From assembly GCF_030028105.1 (NCBI RefSeq), contig NC_092398.1, positions 25,683,649 to 25,747,648 on the forward strand: DNA of 64,000 nt, read 5' to 3'. The position numbers and the translations under genes were made by a program. Origin of the DNA: Mobula birostris. Lineage: Eukaryota. The notes under the pieces are model-generated. The model was given only the letters and a program-made list of their open reading frames with translations. It made no database searches and had not been told where the DNA came from. Of this stretch, positions 1-11,900 are shown in pieces; position 1 is the first letter of the stretch; the number at the start of each line of letters is the position of its first letter.

Positions 1-775
1 CATCTCCAAAGTCTCATGACAGCGTTAAAAGGATGAATAGATTGGGGGTTCTGAACACGACGCAAGTGCGAATTCCTTACGCCAAGCATCCTTCAAAGGT
101 GGCTGCGGTTGTCTGTAGAATCAGCCCGCACCATCACGGGCAGAAATGCGGCCGCCATCAAGGAAATCTTCAAGAGGACTGCATGCATCATTAAAAACTC
201 TAACCACCTGGGGAGAAGCCGTCTTCTCGTTACAACCACGGGAGAGGAGGTACAGGAGCCCGAAGATCCACACTCAGTGATTCAGGAAACATTTCTTCCT
301 GTCCGTCATCTGAACAACCCATGAACATGACCGCACGATTGCTTTTTATTCTACACACTCACTATGTATTTTGCAATTTGTAGTGATTTTTAGTATTTTG
401 CAGAGTAATTCTACAACAAATCAACAAATTTCATGCCAACTATACTGTGGTGATAGTAAGCCAGATAAAACCATTCGCTCGACTTTTATTGTGTCAACAC
501 CCACCATTAAAATTCCCCATGTCAACAAATCGCGTTACAAAATCACGCGGGGCAACCCCTGCCGTCCGTTCGAGGGGGACCATAAGGCAAGATCCTGGGT
601 CCACGAGCATCTGAAGCCACGACCCACCCGAATCCGCTTTTTAAAGTAATTTCTTCTTCCTCCAGTCTGTCCCTTCGCTCCTCTGTGGGAAGTCCAAAGA
701 GCACCCCTGCGCTCAATGTATCTCCCGCCACCGCGCCCTCCCCTCCCCCCGGCTCCTGGCTCAATGGACCCAAAC

Positions 776-831
776 ATGACGGCGGGAGAGGAGGCAGCGG
801 CCAACGGCGACAACCGGCTGCGTTTCCATCC
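776..831 (+). pseudogene. Orphan decayed copy of LAGE3 exon 1 (with upstream promoter-like region ~500-775)
   Basis: CAAACATGACGGCGGGAGAGGAGGCAGCGGCCAACGGCGACAACCGGCTG matches LAGE3 start at 40401-40450; donor GTATCC changed to CCATCC; no exon 2/3 follows. Confidence 0.85.
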
Positions 832-1189
832 TGTGGAATTCGTTGACGCGGGCAGCTGTGGCGGCCAAGTCTCTTCATGGCAACTTTATCTGATACGTGA
901 GATACATAATCAAATAGCTGCTGAGTGTATGTCAAAAATACTGATGGTCCACTCGATTAGATTATGAGGACACTCAGTCCTCGTTTATTGTCATTTAGAA
1001 ATGCATGCATTAAAATGTGCTACGATGTTCCCCCAGAATGATATCACAAGAAACACAGGACAAACCAAGACTAAAACAGACAAAACCACATAATTATAAC
1101 ATATAGTTACAACAGTGCAAAGCAATGCCGTAATTTGATAAAGAGCAGACCATTGGTACGGTAAAAAAAAAGAAAAAGAAAATAACAAT

Positions 1190-1500
1190 TAAGAAATAAA
1201 AATAAATATTGACAACTTGAAGAAAGAGTTCTTGAAAGTGAGTTGGTAAGTTGTGAGATCTGTTCAGTGTTGGGATGAGAGAAGTTATCTGTTCTGGTTC
1301 AGCAGCCTGGGATGGTCGACGGGTAATAGCTGTTCCTGAACCTGGTGGTATGCTACCGAGGACTCTGATGCCTCCTGCCCGATGGCTGCAGAGAGAAGGG
1401 AGCAGGCCTGGATGGCAAGGTGCTTGATGATGGATGCTGCTGTCCTGCGACGGCTCTCCTCGCAGATGTGCTCGGGTGGTGGCGAGGTCTTTACCTGTAA
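1190..1500 (-). mobile_element. Rex1/Babar-like LINE 3' fragment, degraded (paralogous copy ~15945-16245; same family at ~150-330 +, ~46200-46530 +, ~46930-47200 -)
   Basis: Frameshifted similarity to the IIKDPxHP...LPSGRRYRS...RxxNSxxP C-terminus typical of this LINE clade. Confidence 0.55.
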
Positions 1501-1904
1501 TGGAGAGCTAAAGCCCTCCCGAGACGCCGTGAGTCCCGTACATACTGTACAGTGAATGCGATACAGCAGAAATTGCTGTAGTGCAGAATTTTGGAATTTC
1601 ACCCTGTAATGAACTTTTGAAATAACTCGGTTTCCTCGGCTGCATAAGTCCAGGGAATTCAATCTCCGGCTCCGCCAAACCCGTGATATTGAGGCGCAAT
1701 CCCACCCAAAATCCCTTGTTTCTGTGGATGCTGCGTAATTCACTACCCTGTTAAACATTGGTGTGACGACATAACAGACAGTCCACCGCACACGATCAAA
1801 TGATTTAACTTTACACTTCCTAATTTGACGAAAGGGTTAATAAAGAAAATAACAAAATAAGGAAAGGGCCCATTTTAATGTAACAGTCTAATATGCACCA
1901 GTTG

Positions 1905-2079
1905 GAGCAGTTCGGAGGAGCGGCATTTCTGCAAGAGCAATTTATTAAAAAGAGCCAGTATCAATAATTGAAGTACAACCTGAGCGGCCATTCTTTTGAG
2001 TGAACCAGTCTTTAGAGTGGCTTTGGATAATTAGGTTTCGGCGAGATCAGACTTCGGAGAAGTATGTCTTTTATCTTAT

Positions 2080-2110
<31 letters not shown>

Positions 2111-4230
2111 GTGCGTCTGTGTGTGTGTGTGTGTGTGTGTGTGTTCTTATTTCTTCATTTCTTATACGTTAGTGAGAACAGTTTCAAGAGCAGTGTTTTG
2201 TACTCTGTGTGGCATGTGGGATGTCTGTGAGACCTCCGGAGCCCCAGATAAACACATCCGAGCCAGGTGCACCGAGTTGCAGTCCTGACATTAACGTATT
2301 AATGAACTGGAGCTGCTGCTCCACGACCTTCGACACATACGGTAAAATAACGAGGTGATTACAGCAGCTACCGGGAGGTAGTCAACTCTAGAATTCATGA
2401 GACAGGTAACCGGGTGACTGTCAGGACAAGGATGGGAAATACACGGCCAGTGCAGAGTACACCTGCAGCTATTCCCCTCAATAATCAGCATACAACTTTA
2501 AGTACTGTTGAGGGCGACGAATTACCGGGGGAGGGAAGGGCACAGTGACCAGGTCTCTCGCAGAGCAGAGAGGTGAAGACGACTGCCGTGTTGACAGACA
2601 AAGAAACGGAGATGATGTTCTGTGGGCGTGGTAATGGCCCCAGAATGGTACGTTGCCTCCCTGGTGCCAGGATCAGTGATGTCTCTGAACGGAAACACAG
2701 CATTCCCAAAAGCCGGAGTGAACAGCCAGAAGTCTTAGTACTCATTGGCACCAAAAAACTAGGGACACAAAGTGAGGAAGTCCCGAAGAGATGTTAGGGA
2801 GCTCGGTAGAAAGCTGAGAATCAACACCACCAGGGTAGTAATCCCTGGACTGCTGCCGGTGGCATGTCCCTGTGATCGTAAGGATAGGAAGAATTGCCAG
2901 GTAAATGAGTGGCTGATGAGCTGGTGTAGGGGGCACACACGGGTTCAGATTTAGAGATCACCGGGTTCTCCTCTGGGGAAGCTATGTCCTGCCCAAAAGG
3001 GACGGATTACATCTGACCGCGAGGATGTCTAATATCCTTGTGGGCAGGTTCGCTGAAGTTCTTCGGGAATGTTTTTGGCAGGGTAGTGGGAACAAGAGTG
3101 ATAGTGCTGAATAGGAGGCAGCTGGTTTACAAACAGAGACAATGCGTAGTGAGACTCCTAGCAAGGAAAGGCTAATGACAGGAAAAATTGCAGTTAACAG
3201 GATGAGTCGCAAAGTAAAAGCCAGACAAAATCGAAAAGGCCGACCAGAGGACTGAGGGTGTTGCATTTTAATTCACACAGCATACGACAGCAGAGAGATC
3301 AACTTGTATTGTAGCAAAGTTACAGATTTTCATGGATGATGGAGAGGGCATTCCTGAATCGTGGCTGAATAAAGATTGTAGCTGGGAGCTTAATGTCAAG
3401 GGATGCACAATGTATCGAAAGGTCAGGCAGGAAAGTAGAGGGGAGGCGTGACTCTGTTGGTAAAATACAAATGAAATGAAATCATTGCGGATAGAACTAA
3501 AGAACTGCAACTGCAAGAAGCCCCGGATGCAGTTATTGCTATTGTGGAATTGAGCAGAAAGCTTTAGCTAAAAAAAAAAACCCAAAGGGGAAGAGATCAT
3601 AATATAAACGAATTTACTTTGAGAAGGAGAAGCTAATATATTAGTTTTACAGCAGAGTAAAGTGAATTAGAGTCATGAGAGAGGAGCAGGCCAGAATTGA
3701 TTGGAAAAGAACACTGGAAGGGATGATGGCAGAGCAGCAATGGCTGGAATTTCTGGAAACAATTCAAGAGGCACAGCATATGTAGATCCCAAACAGAAGA
3801 AGTATTCTAAAGGCAAATTGAAACGATCATGGCCAAGAAGAGAAGTTAAAACCAACATAAGCCCAAACTAGGGTTATATATTAGCTAGAAAGGCTAGATA
3901 TTTAGGGGATTAACAAGCTTTTAAAACCCAAATGGAAAAACTAAAAAGATATTAAAAAGCTCAAGATGGAATAGGAAGGTAAGCTAGCCAATAACATTAA
4001 AGAGGATACTAAATGTTTCTTTAGAGACGTAGAGTTTAAAAGAGAAGCGAGAGAGGTGATATTGGACGGCTGTAAAAAGGTACTGGAGAGATAATAATGG
4101 GGGACACGGAAACGGCGGACCACCATAATAACTATTTTACATCAGTGCTCATTGTGGGAAACACCAGCATGAAGTGTGTGAATTCACTATCCCTCGGGAT
4201 AAAGTTTTAGGGAACCTCAAAGGTCTGTCA
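1905..4230 (+). mobile_element. Old CR1 LINE, 5' portion (ORF1 Zn-finger + SGNH esterase-like domain, ORF2 endonuclease part), multiply disrupted
   Basis: CTLCGMWDV...C motif (2200-2290); FCGR..RMVRCLPGARISDV..EQPEVLVLIGT..RVVIPGLLPV esterase motifs (2573-2950); stops and frameshifts throughout. Confidence 0.8.
2081..2142. repeat. Compound microsatellite (CT)n(GT)n
   Basis: Direct reading; paralogous site at 16821-16898 has a longer (CT)n and shorter (GT)n. Confidence 0.95.
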
Positions 4231-7002
4231 TGGACCAGAGGGGGTTAATATCAGAAATTAACCACGTGGCCTCTTTATCTACTTTACTCATCGAAAATAA
4301 AAGGAAATGTTTTGTTCTTCAGAGCTTTCTGTGCAAATTGTTATCTCCTGATGTCAACACCTCAGCTTCCTCATATTAAGCTTCTTAGAACTTCAAACCC
4401 AGAGAATCTCTACCGAAGTGGACTAACTCATCTCTTCGGCTCAATCGGAACCAAGGCCCCACCTTTGTAAATCAGCATCCAAATTCCGCACAAGACACAA
4501 CTCCTCGATATATCTCGAGCACCCGAAGAAACCCACCGTTGAATTTAACGTCTCAGTGCAAGTATACAAAACTGCTGAGGACCGGGACACAGCCGGAGAC
4601 TCCACGGACAGGTGAGATGCATTTCCACCGGGTTTATATTAATTTGGAAATGTGGCGACTGATCAGGGAACATCGGCGTGGCTGTGTTGCGCAAGAAACC
4701 TTGTCTTCCTGCATTCGGGAGGTTGTTCAGCAGATAACTCAGTTAGCCAGTGAAGGCAGGGCAGTGGGTTTCTCAACATGCAGTTCAATGAGGAGAACTT
4801 TAGAGATTACGGAGGTTGGACTTGTTTTCCATGCGGTCGGAGAACGCTGACGGATGAACTGACAAAATAAATTAAGATAACAGATACTGACACAGTGTAG
4901 ACAGAATCGCTTTCCCGTGGTAGGAGCAAAATTGAGAGGAAGGCTTATATTTATCCCGAGGAAAGGAGATTTAAGTCGAATATAAGGGATATTTTTTTAG
5001 AATTTGTTTTAATTCTCAATTCGATTTCCAGATACAGCACGGTAACAAGCCCTTCCGGCCCTACGACACCGCCCCGCCCAATTTCACCCATGTGAATAAT
5101 TAACCTATTAGAGTCTCCAGCCTTCTGGGCTTGAAAGGCTTATCATGTGAGGAAGGTGTTTTGGTCCTGGGCTTCTACTCACTGGAATTTAGAAGAATGA
5201 AAGGGGACTTCGATGAAACCTGCCGAATGTTGAAAGGCCTCGACACAGTCGATGTGGAGTAGATGTTTCCTATGTTGTGGGAGGCTAAGAGCAGACGACA
5301 CAGTCTCAGAAGGGAAGGCCGTCGTTTTAGAAAGGAGGTTCCGATTAATTTCTAAAGTCAGAGAGCGGTGAATCTGTGAAATTCATTGCCACAGGGAGCT
5401 CCATGTTACTGTAATTTTCAGAGAGAGGTGATAGATTTTTGATTGGTCAAGACATGTCCGGAAACAGGGGCAAGGCAAGGGGTTGGTGCTGAAAAGGGAT
5501 ATGGCGGAACAGACTCGATGAGCCAAGTGCTGGTAGTGGTCGAGGTCGTTTATACGGTGATGAGAGGCAGAAATGGAGTAGACAGACAGTATATTTATTT
5601 TTCAAGTGTTGAAATGGCCAGTACCAGAGGGTGTGCCTTTAGGGTGAGAGGGGGTAAGATCAAAGCAGATGTGAAGGGTAAGTTACGTTTTCACAGAGAG
5701 CGGTGGGTGCCTGGAATGCGCTGAAAGAGTGGTGGTGGGGGCAGATACATTGAGACTGTTAAAAGTCTTTTGAATGGGAACATGAATGTGAGGGAAATAG
5801 ACAGCGGTCGCGATTAGTTACGTTGGCCCTGTGACTACTAATTTAATTGGTTCGGTATAATATCGTGGACTATTCCTGTGCTGGGTGATTCTGTGCTCTT
5901 GCAGGGCTCTGCAAAGCGTCCTGGGCACATTTCTGTAGTGAGGGTGACTTCGACTTTTGCACAGTATTGTATTTGTCAACGGAGACCGGAGAGCGTCGGG
6001 CGGAAGCAAAGGATGATGGGAATGGCGAAGGTGAAGCGGCTCGGGAGGGATGAGGGACAGGTACCAGAGAAGGAGGGCCAGGGACGGTGCTGGAGGCGGT
6101 TGCTGGCTCGGATGCAGACACGTGCGGACCTGAGACACCAGGGAAGGTCATTTGATTCTAAACAATTCGTTTAGTGATTATTACAGAATGACTCTCTGGT
6201 GCTTCCCGCTTCCTCCCATCTCCCTTCCCCTTTCTCCAATCATGATTCCCTTCTCCCAGCCCCCTTACCACTCTCAGTCCACAACAAAGACCCATGTCAG
6301 AATCTGCTCACTCACATACATCATGAAATTTGGTGACATTGCAATGCATCAAATCAATAAAGTAATTTTTAGTGTTAGTAACCGGCCCAACGAGCCGCAC
6401 TGCCCATCAACCTACCTGGTTAGCCACAGGAAAGTTTACAAAGGTCAATTAACCTAAGTACCAGAATGTTTTTGGAATGTGGGAGGAAAGCAGAGTACCC
6501 AGGGGAATCCCCCACGGTCACGGGAGTTAGTGTTAGTGGTGGTAGTCGCTTGATCGCTCGAGTCCAGTATGATGTTCTTCTAAGGGATTGTCATCCGCGG
6601 GTCCTCGGCTGGCTGTAGAGGCCGATCCAGGATCCACATAACGGCAGTGTTCGGGTGCATTCCCTTAATGGAGATCGGCTGTGCGTGACTTTGTCTAACG
6701 TGGGGAAGCTAATATACGGGCTGACATCACATGGTCGTTGACAGATCGGGTACATGCCCGGCGGGAGGGCGCGGTCACGGTCCAGTGGCTTGGAATGCAA
6801 GACGACTGTGGTCTCTCAGCTGACGCAAACATCCGCCGCTTTGACGGCCGTTGTGGTCTGTCAGGTTTCTGCTCCGTATCACACCGCATCTCAACTCGCC
6901 TTCTTTCCTTCCCTCATCGCTCTCGCCTGTCCTCCTGAATTCGCCGCCTCTCCATTCTGCACCCCTCTCACTTCCACAATATCTCCCCCAGCAGATCGGA
7001 CA

Positions 7003-7959
7003 ATGTCGTTCTCGGAAGGAGTGTCCAGTTCGACGCTCGCTGGGAATCTCTCCTCCCACAATTCCACGGCCGATGGAAACAGAATGGAGTGGGGAGCACT
7101 TTCCCTCATATCAATGGGCATCTTCGCCCTCACCTTCCTACTGGGCGTTCTGGGCAACAGCGCAGTCATCTGGGTGACCGGCTTCAAGATGAAGAGTAAG
7201 ATCCACACGGTGTGTTTCCTGAACCTGGCTCTCGCTGACCTAATCTATTGCCTGAGCCTTCCCTTCCGCATGACCAACATCATCCTGAGCTACTCTGGGC
7301 ACAACGTCCACTTTTCCCGAAAGTTTTCTGGAACCTTGATGTTCCTCAACGCCGCCGCCAGCATATATCTGTTATGTCTGATCAGCATCTGCCGCTGCCT
7401 GGCTATTACTCGGTCCACTTGGTTGCAGCAGCATCCGAGCCTCACATGGGTTCGTGCGGCCTGCTTCGGACTCTGGATCCTAGCCTTCGTCATGTGCCTG
7501 CCCGTCCTCCTGCTTCAGGATTTGGAGAAGGAATTGGCAGTGTTGGAGCCATTTTGGTTTGTTTGCATCTTCTGCCTCCCTATGGTTATTATGATCACCT
7601 GCTACTCCCTGGTTGGCTGGAGGCTGCAAGGGAACAGGTTCGTCAAAGCTAAGAAACCTGTACACCTCATCATCACCGTTGTCGTCACCTTTATGATCTG
7701 TTGGATCCCCAACGCTGTCTGCGACCTCGTTTCAACCTTCTCCACACCGATTCCCGGAGACTGGTGGTTATTCACTGTCGCCCTGGCCTCCTTCAACAGC
7801 GCCCTCAACCCCCTTCTCTATGTCTTCGCTGGCCGCGAATTCAACCTGGCCTTCAGGCGCTCTTTTGTCACGTCGCTCCGTCTGACCTTCGCCGAGCAGA
7901 GGCTAGAATTGCAGACCCAGGCCCAGACCAGCAACCTCACCTCAAATAGAAATTTCTGA
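7003..7959 (+). CDS. Chemoattractant-type class A GPCR copy 1 (C3aR/CMKLR1/FPR-like), 318 aa, single coding exon
   Basis: Seven hydrophobic segments; TM1 GN, TM2 FLNLALADL..LSLPF, TM4 W, TM5 P, TM6 CWIP, TM7 NSALNPLLY; N-terminal N-glycosylation sequons (NLS, NST). ATG at 7003 lies 8 nt after a polypyrimidine tract + CAG acceptor (6992-6994). Confidence 0.92.
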   Translation: MSFSEGVSSSTLAGNLSSHNSTADGNRMEWGALSLISMGIFALTFLLGVLGNSAVIWVTGFKMKSKIHTVCFLNLALADLIYCLSLPFRMTNIILSYSGHNVHFSRKFSGTLMFLNAAASIYLLCLISICRCLAITRSTWLQQHPSLTWVRAACFGLWILAFVMCLPVLLLQDLEKELAVLEPFWFVCIFCLPMVIMITCYSLVGWRLQGNRFVKAKKPVHLIITVVVTFMICWIPNAVCDLVSTFSTPIPGDWWLFTVALASFNSALNPLLYVFAGREFNLAFRRSFVTSLRLTFAEQRLELQTQAQTSNLTSNRNF

Positions 7960-8244
7960 GGGAGTTCGTAGTGGACAGACATCCGACCGATTTTTTTCCC
8001 TGAATACAGACACAGTGGACAGACCAAAGCAATTGTGGTCGGCAGTGCAATCTCTCAGAACATGGAACATAGAACAATCGGCCTACAATGTATAGTATCA
8101 GTTCAATCAGTCGATAAATGCCCAATTAACCTCATCCTCTCTGCCTACACAAAGGCGATGTCCTTCCCTTTTACTCATTCGACCTATCTAAACATCTCGT
8201 AAGGACCTCTAACCATTCTACTCTCACCATTTCAGCAGCGTATA

Positions 8245-9547
8245 GAAACATAGAAACATAGAAAATAGGTGCAGGAGTAGGCCATTCGGCCCTTCGAGCC
8301 TGCGCCGCCATTTATTATGATCATGGCTGATCATCCAACTCAGAACCCCGCCCCAGCCTTCCCTCCATACCCCCTGACCCCCGTAGCCAGAAGGGCCATA
8401 TCTAACTCCCTCTTAAATATAGCCAATGAACTGGCCTCAACTGTTTCCTGTGGCAGAGAATTCCACAGATTCACCACTCTCTGTGTGAAGAAGTTTTTCC
8501 TAATCTCGGTCCTAAAAGGCTTCCCCTCTATCCTCAAACTGTGGCCCCTCGTTCTGGATTTCCCCAACATCGGGAACAATCTTCCTGCATCTAGCCTGTC
8601 CAATCCCTTTAGGATCTTATACGTTTCAATCAGATCCCCCCTCAATCTTCTAAATTCCAACGAGTACAAGCCCAGTTCATCCAGTCTTTCTTCATATGAA
8701 AGTCCTGCCATCCGAGGAATCAATCTGGTGAACCTTCTTTGTACTCCCTCTATGGCAAGGATGTCTTTCCTCAGATTAGGGGACCAAAACTGCACACAAT
8801 ACTCCAGGTGTGGTCTCACCAAGGCCTTGTACAACTGCAGTAGTACCTCCCTGCTCCTGTACTCGAATCCTCTCGCTATAAGTGCCAGCATACCATTCGC
8901 CTTTTTCACCGCCTGCTGTACCTGCATGCCCACTTTCAATGACTGGTGTATAATGACACCTTGGTCTCCTTGCACCTCCCCTTTTCCTAATCGGCCACCA
9001 TTCAGATAATAATCTGTTTTCCTATTTTTGCCACCAAAGTGGATAACTTCACATTTATCCACATTAAATTGCAGCTGCCATGAATTTGCCCACTCACCCA
9101 ACCCATCCAAGTCACCCTGCATCCTCTTAGCATCCTCCTCACAGCTAACACTGCCACCCAGCTTCGTGTCATCCGCAAACTTGGAGATGCTGCATTTAAT
9201 TCCCTCATCCAAGTCATTAATATATATTGTGAACAACTGGGGTCCCAGCACTGAGCCTTGCGGTACCCCACTAGTCACCGCCTGCCATTCTGAAAAGGTC
9301 CCGTTTATTCCCACTCTTTGCTTCCTGTCTGCTAACCAATTCTCCACCCACACCAATACCTTTCCCCCAATACCGTGTGCTTTAAGTTTGCACACTAATC
9401 TCCTGTGTGGGACCCTGTCAAAAGCCTTCTGAAAATCCAAATATACCACATCCACTGGTTCTCCCCTATCCACTCTACTAGTTACATCCTCAAAAAATTC
9501 TATGAGATTCGTCAGACATGATTTTCCTTTCACAAATCCATGCTGAC
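8245..9547 (-). mobile_element. Young 5'-truncated CR1 LINE with uninterrupted reverse-transcriptase frame
   Basis: [34 protein letters not shown] motifs with no stops up to 8340; 3' tail of (TTTCTATG)n; TATA duplicated at 8241-8244 and 9548-9551; absent from the paralogous sites at ~23070 and ~32140. Confidence 0.95.
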
Positions 9548-9939
9548 TATACCAGGCACACACCACTGTCTGTGTAAATAACTTGCCCCTCGCATTTCCT
9601 TTAGAATGACGCCCTCTCATTTCAAATGCACGTCCGCTGGTATTAGACATTTCAACCCTGGGAAGCATACTGAATATCCATGCCTTTCATGATCTTCTAT
9701 ACCTTATCCCGCCACCCCAGTGAAAATAACCCAAGTGTGTCCAACCTCCCATAGTCGACGATGCTCTCTAATCCAGGCAGCATCCTAGTAAACCTCTGCA
9801 CCCTCTGCAAAGCCTCGACATCTTTCCTGCAATGGGCGACCAGAACTGTATACACCTCTTTCACCAAGTAGTCTCCATGTTCCTCTGACCTCTCGCCTTA
9901 CAAGTCATTTTCACCCTCAGAACAGGATGTATTTTTTCG

Positions 9940-10590
9940 CACCCTTCCCTGTAAACTCCACAGAAATCAGAAGTTACTGAAATATTCAAAACAATCTGTC
10001 TGGCGTGAACTATCATCCGCCATCAAACTCACTTAGATCACATTTCTTCCCCATTCTGATGTTTGGTCTGAACAGCAACTGAATCTCTTGATCATGTCTG
10101 CATGTTTTTACGCATTGCGTTGCTGCCACATGATTGGCTGAATAGATGTTTGCATGGATGAGCAGGTGTTCAGGTCGATCTAATAAAGTGGCCTAATGTA
10201 TTGTAAAGGTCCTGAATATCAAAATAATACTATAAAGAGCAGTAAATTGTAAAACAAAAAAACAAAATTAGATCACTATGTGGTGTTACCACCCTCTGCC
10301 TTTAAAGCTCCATCACTTCTCTTACTTCCACTGTCGTGTAGTTTTATACGAGAATCGGCTGGTAGGTTATCCCAAGCATCCTGGAGAACTTGTCACGGTC
10401 CTTCAGCACACCTTGGCTCACTCGCTTGCTCCTGTTTATCCAAATGATCCCAGGCAGCCTGGATGATGTTGCGGTCAGGTCCCTCTGGACACCATGCCAC
10501 TTAAAACCACACATAAAAAATCTAGCGGACCCAGGACATTGGCACAGTATTAGCTGGATCCTTTGATAGACATCTTCACGGTGCACAGCT
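9940..10590 (-). mobile_element. Two adjacent Tc1-family transposon relics (transposase C-terminal piece and an element left end)
   Basis: Best seen in paralog 23643-24038 ORF: W.PEGPDCNIIEAAWDHL...LKAEGGNTKY (Tc1 WPxxSPDLNxIE...GGxTKY); 9940-10193 matches the Tc1 left-end relic at 56670-56990. Copies at ~23460-24130 and ~34920-35490. Confidence 0.75.
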
Positions 10591-10949
10591 CAACCAAACC
10601 CTTCTGTCGATAACCCATCTATTTGCATCTCCATCCATGTTATTAATATCTATCACAAACAACTGAAATTCCTGGCACTTCTCTGTGAGGAAAACTGATG
10701 GACCTGACTTACACTCAGAATAACACCCAGCACCACCCCCCCCCACCCCCGCCACTCCACTTTCTATGGACATGCCAAAGTTGAATCCAGGGAACAAAGA
10801 CGCCGTCGATTCCGTCCATAATGCACATTCAGTACTATCACCTCAGTGTTTCGGCCCGGTTGTGTTTGAAAGATTGGCGCCATCTAGAGGCACAGTACAC
10901 TGTATACCACTTCCTGCAAGCAGGGTGATTTTTCCTTTCTCTCTGATAT

Positions 10950-11900
10950 GAAGCACACAAGAGACAAGATCTCAGTTCATTCTTTGCCTTTGTACAGCAA
11001 TACATGTGAGTCTTAAGCTTTTAGCAATTTTAATAAAAGTTTCGTGGACATATTTTGAAGAAAATTCGTGATTATACTCCTGTAGACTGTATAGATATTG
11101 TGTACATGTACCGTGTCCTGCTAAAACTATCCGACTTGTATGCGATAAAAACAGTGTTATAGGGTTGTGGTTGTCTTAAGACAACAGCAATTCTTTAGAG
11201 ATCAATCAATTTCCACGCCACATTCCCGTCAACTGCAATTAAATTAAGAAAGTTACAAATGTGTATGACGTCACTGCAGTTTTCCAGGATGGCATTGGGA
11301 TCCTCAGACTTGTCAACGATAAAATACTATTAAATGAAAATAACACGCCCGCCTTTTACAAATCCGATCTGCTTCCTTATACCATCCGGGACATAGTAGC
11401 CGGTCTGCGAGATTATAGGGACGGCTTTCCGCTCAAGTTGGAGTGGAGCCGACGGACAAGACCAGTACTCCCAAGTGCCAAGAAAATTCGTCCTGCAGGA
11501 TCTGTGCTGACTTTAAGGTCAGCATCGATTCAATACTCAAAGTAGATCAATCCCATTGACCAGGATAGAGAATATCTTTGCAAACCGTTCTGAAGGAAAA
11601 CACCTCAGCAAAATGGTCTTAGCTGAGCCCTACATACAGATAGGGAGGGAAGAAGAGTCCAATCTGTTTCTCAGTCCTTATCGCTTAATAGGTATGTTTT
11701 TAGAGCTGCATTTGCACCTGCAGTCTGTCAGAAAACTACGGACCAGGTGCTGGAAAGCTGCCGGGGAACTTAGATTACATCATTGTTACCGGTAAGGATG
11801 ACAAGGAACATCTCCAAAGTCTCATGACAGCGTTAAAAGGATGAATAGATTGGGGATTCTGAACACGACGCAAGTGCGAATTCCTTACGCCAAGCATCCT
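10950..11900 (+). mobile_element. Gypsy/Ty3 LTR-retrotransposon pol relic (related pieces at 1-100, ~24490-25040, ~36175-36330 and ~37473-37855)
   Basis: Degenerate RT motifs: FYK..LPYTIRD, LEWS..TRPVLP..KK, RIENIFAN..GK.LSKM.LAEPYIQ, YIIVTGKDDKEHL. Confidence 0.75.

Larger units (their letters stand above)
1..11808 (+). repeat. Tandem segmental duplication unit A (left-truncated by window edge)
   Basis: 1-831 recurs nearly identically at 11809-12639 (offset 11808; identical 71-aa ORFs at 109 and 11917); 831-11100 recurs at ~15574-24640 and, from 2516 on, at ~25921-36330. Confidence 0.95.

Noticed and set aside
2982-6174. Short ORFs recurring in each unit (e.g. MQHPQSSGRP..., MSQVRTCLHP...)
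   Set aside because: Recurrence reflects recent duplication; they are antisense to CR1 or lack any protein motif.
6754-7002. N-terminal extensions of the GPCR ORFs (also 21671-21823, 30723-30875)
   Set aside because: They run through a polypyrimidine tract and splice acceptor, differ in frame/start between copies and use non-ATG starts in copies 2 and 3; treated as intron.
8317-9432. Long + strand ORFs (230 aa, 134 aa)
   Set aside because: Antisense shadow of the CR1 reverse transcriptase; no independent protein motifs.
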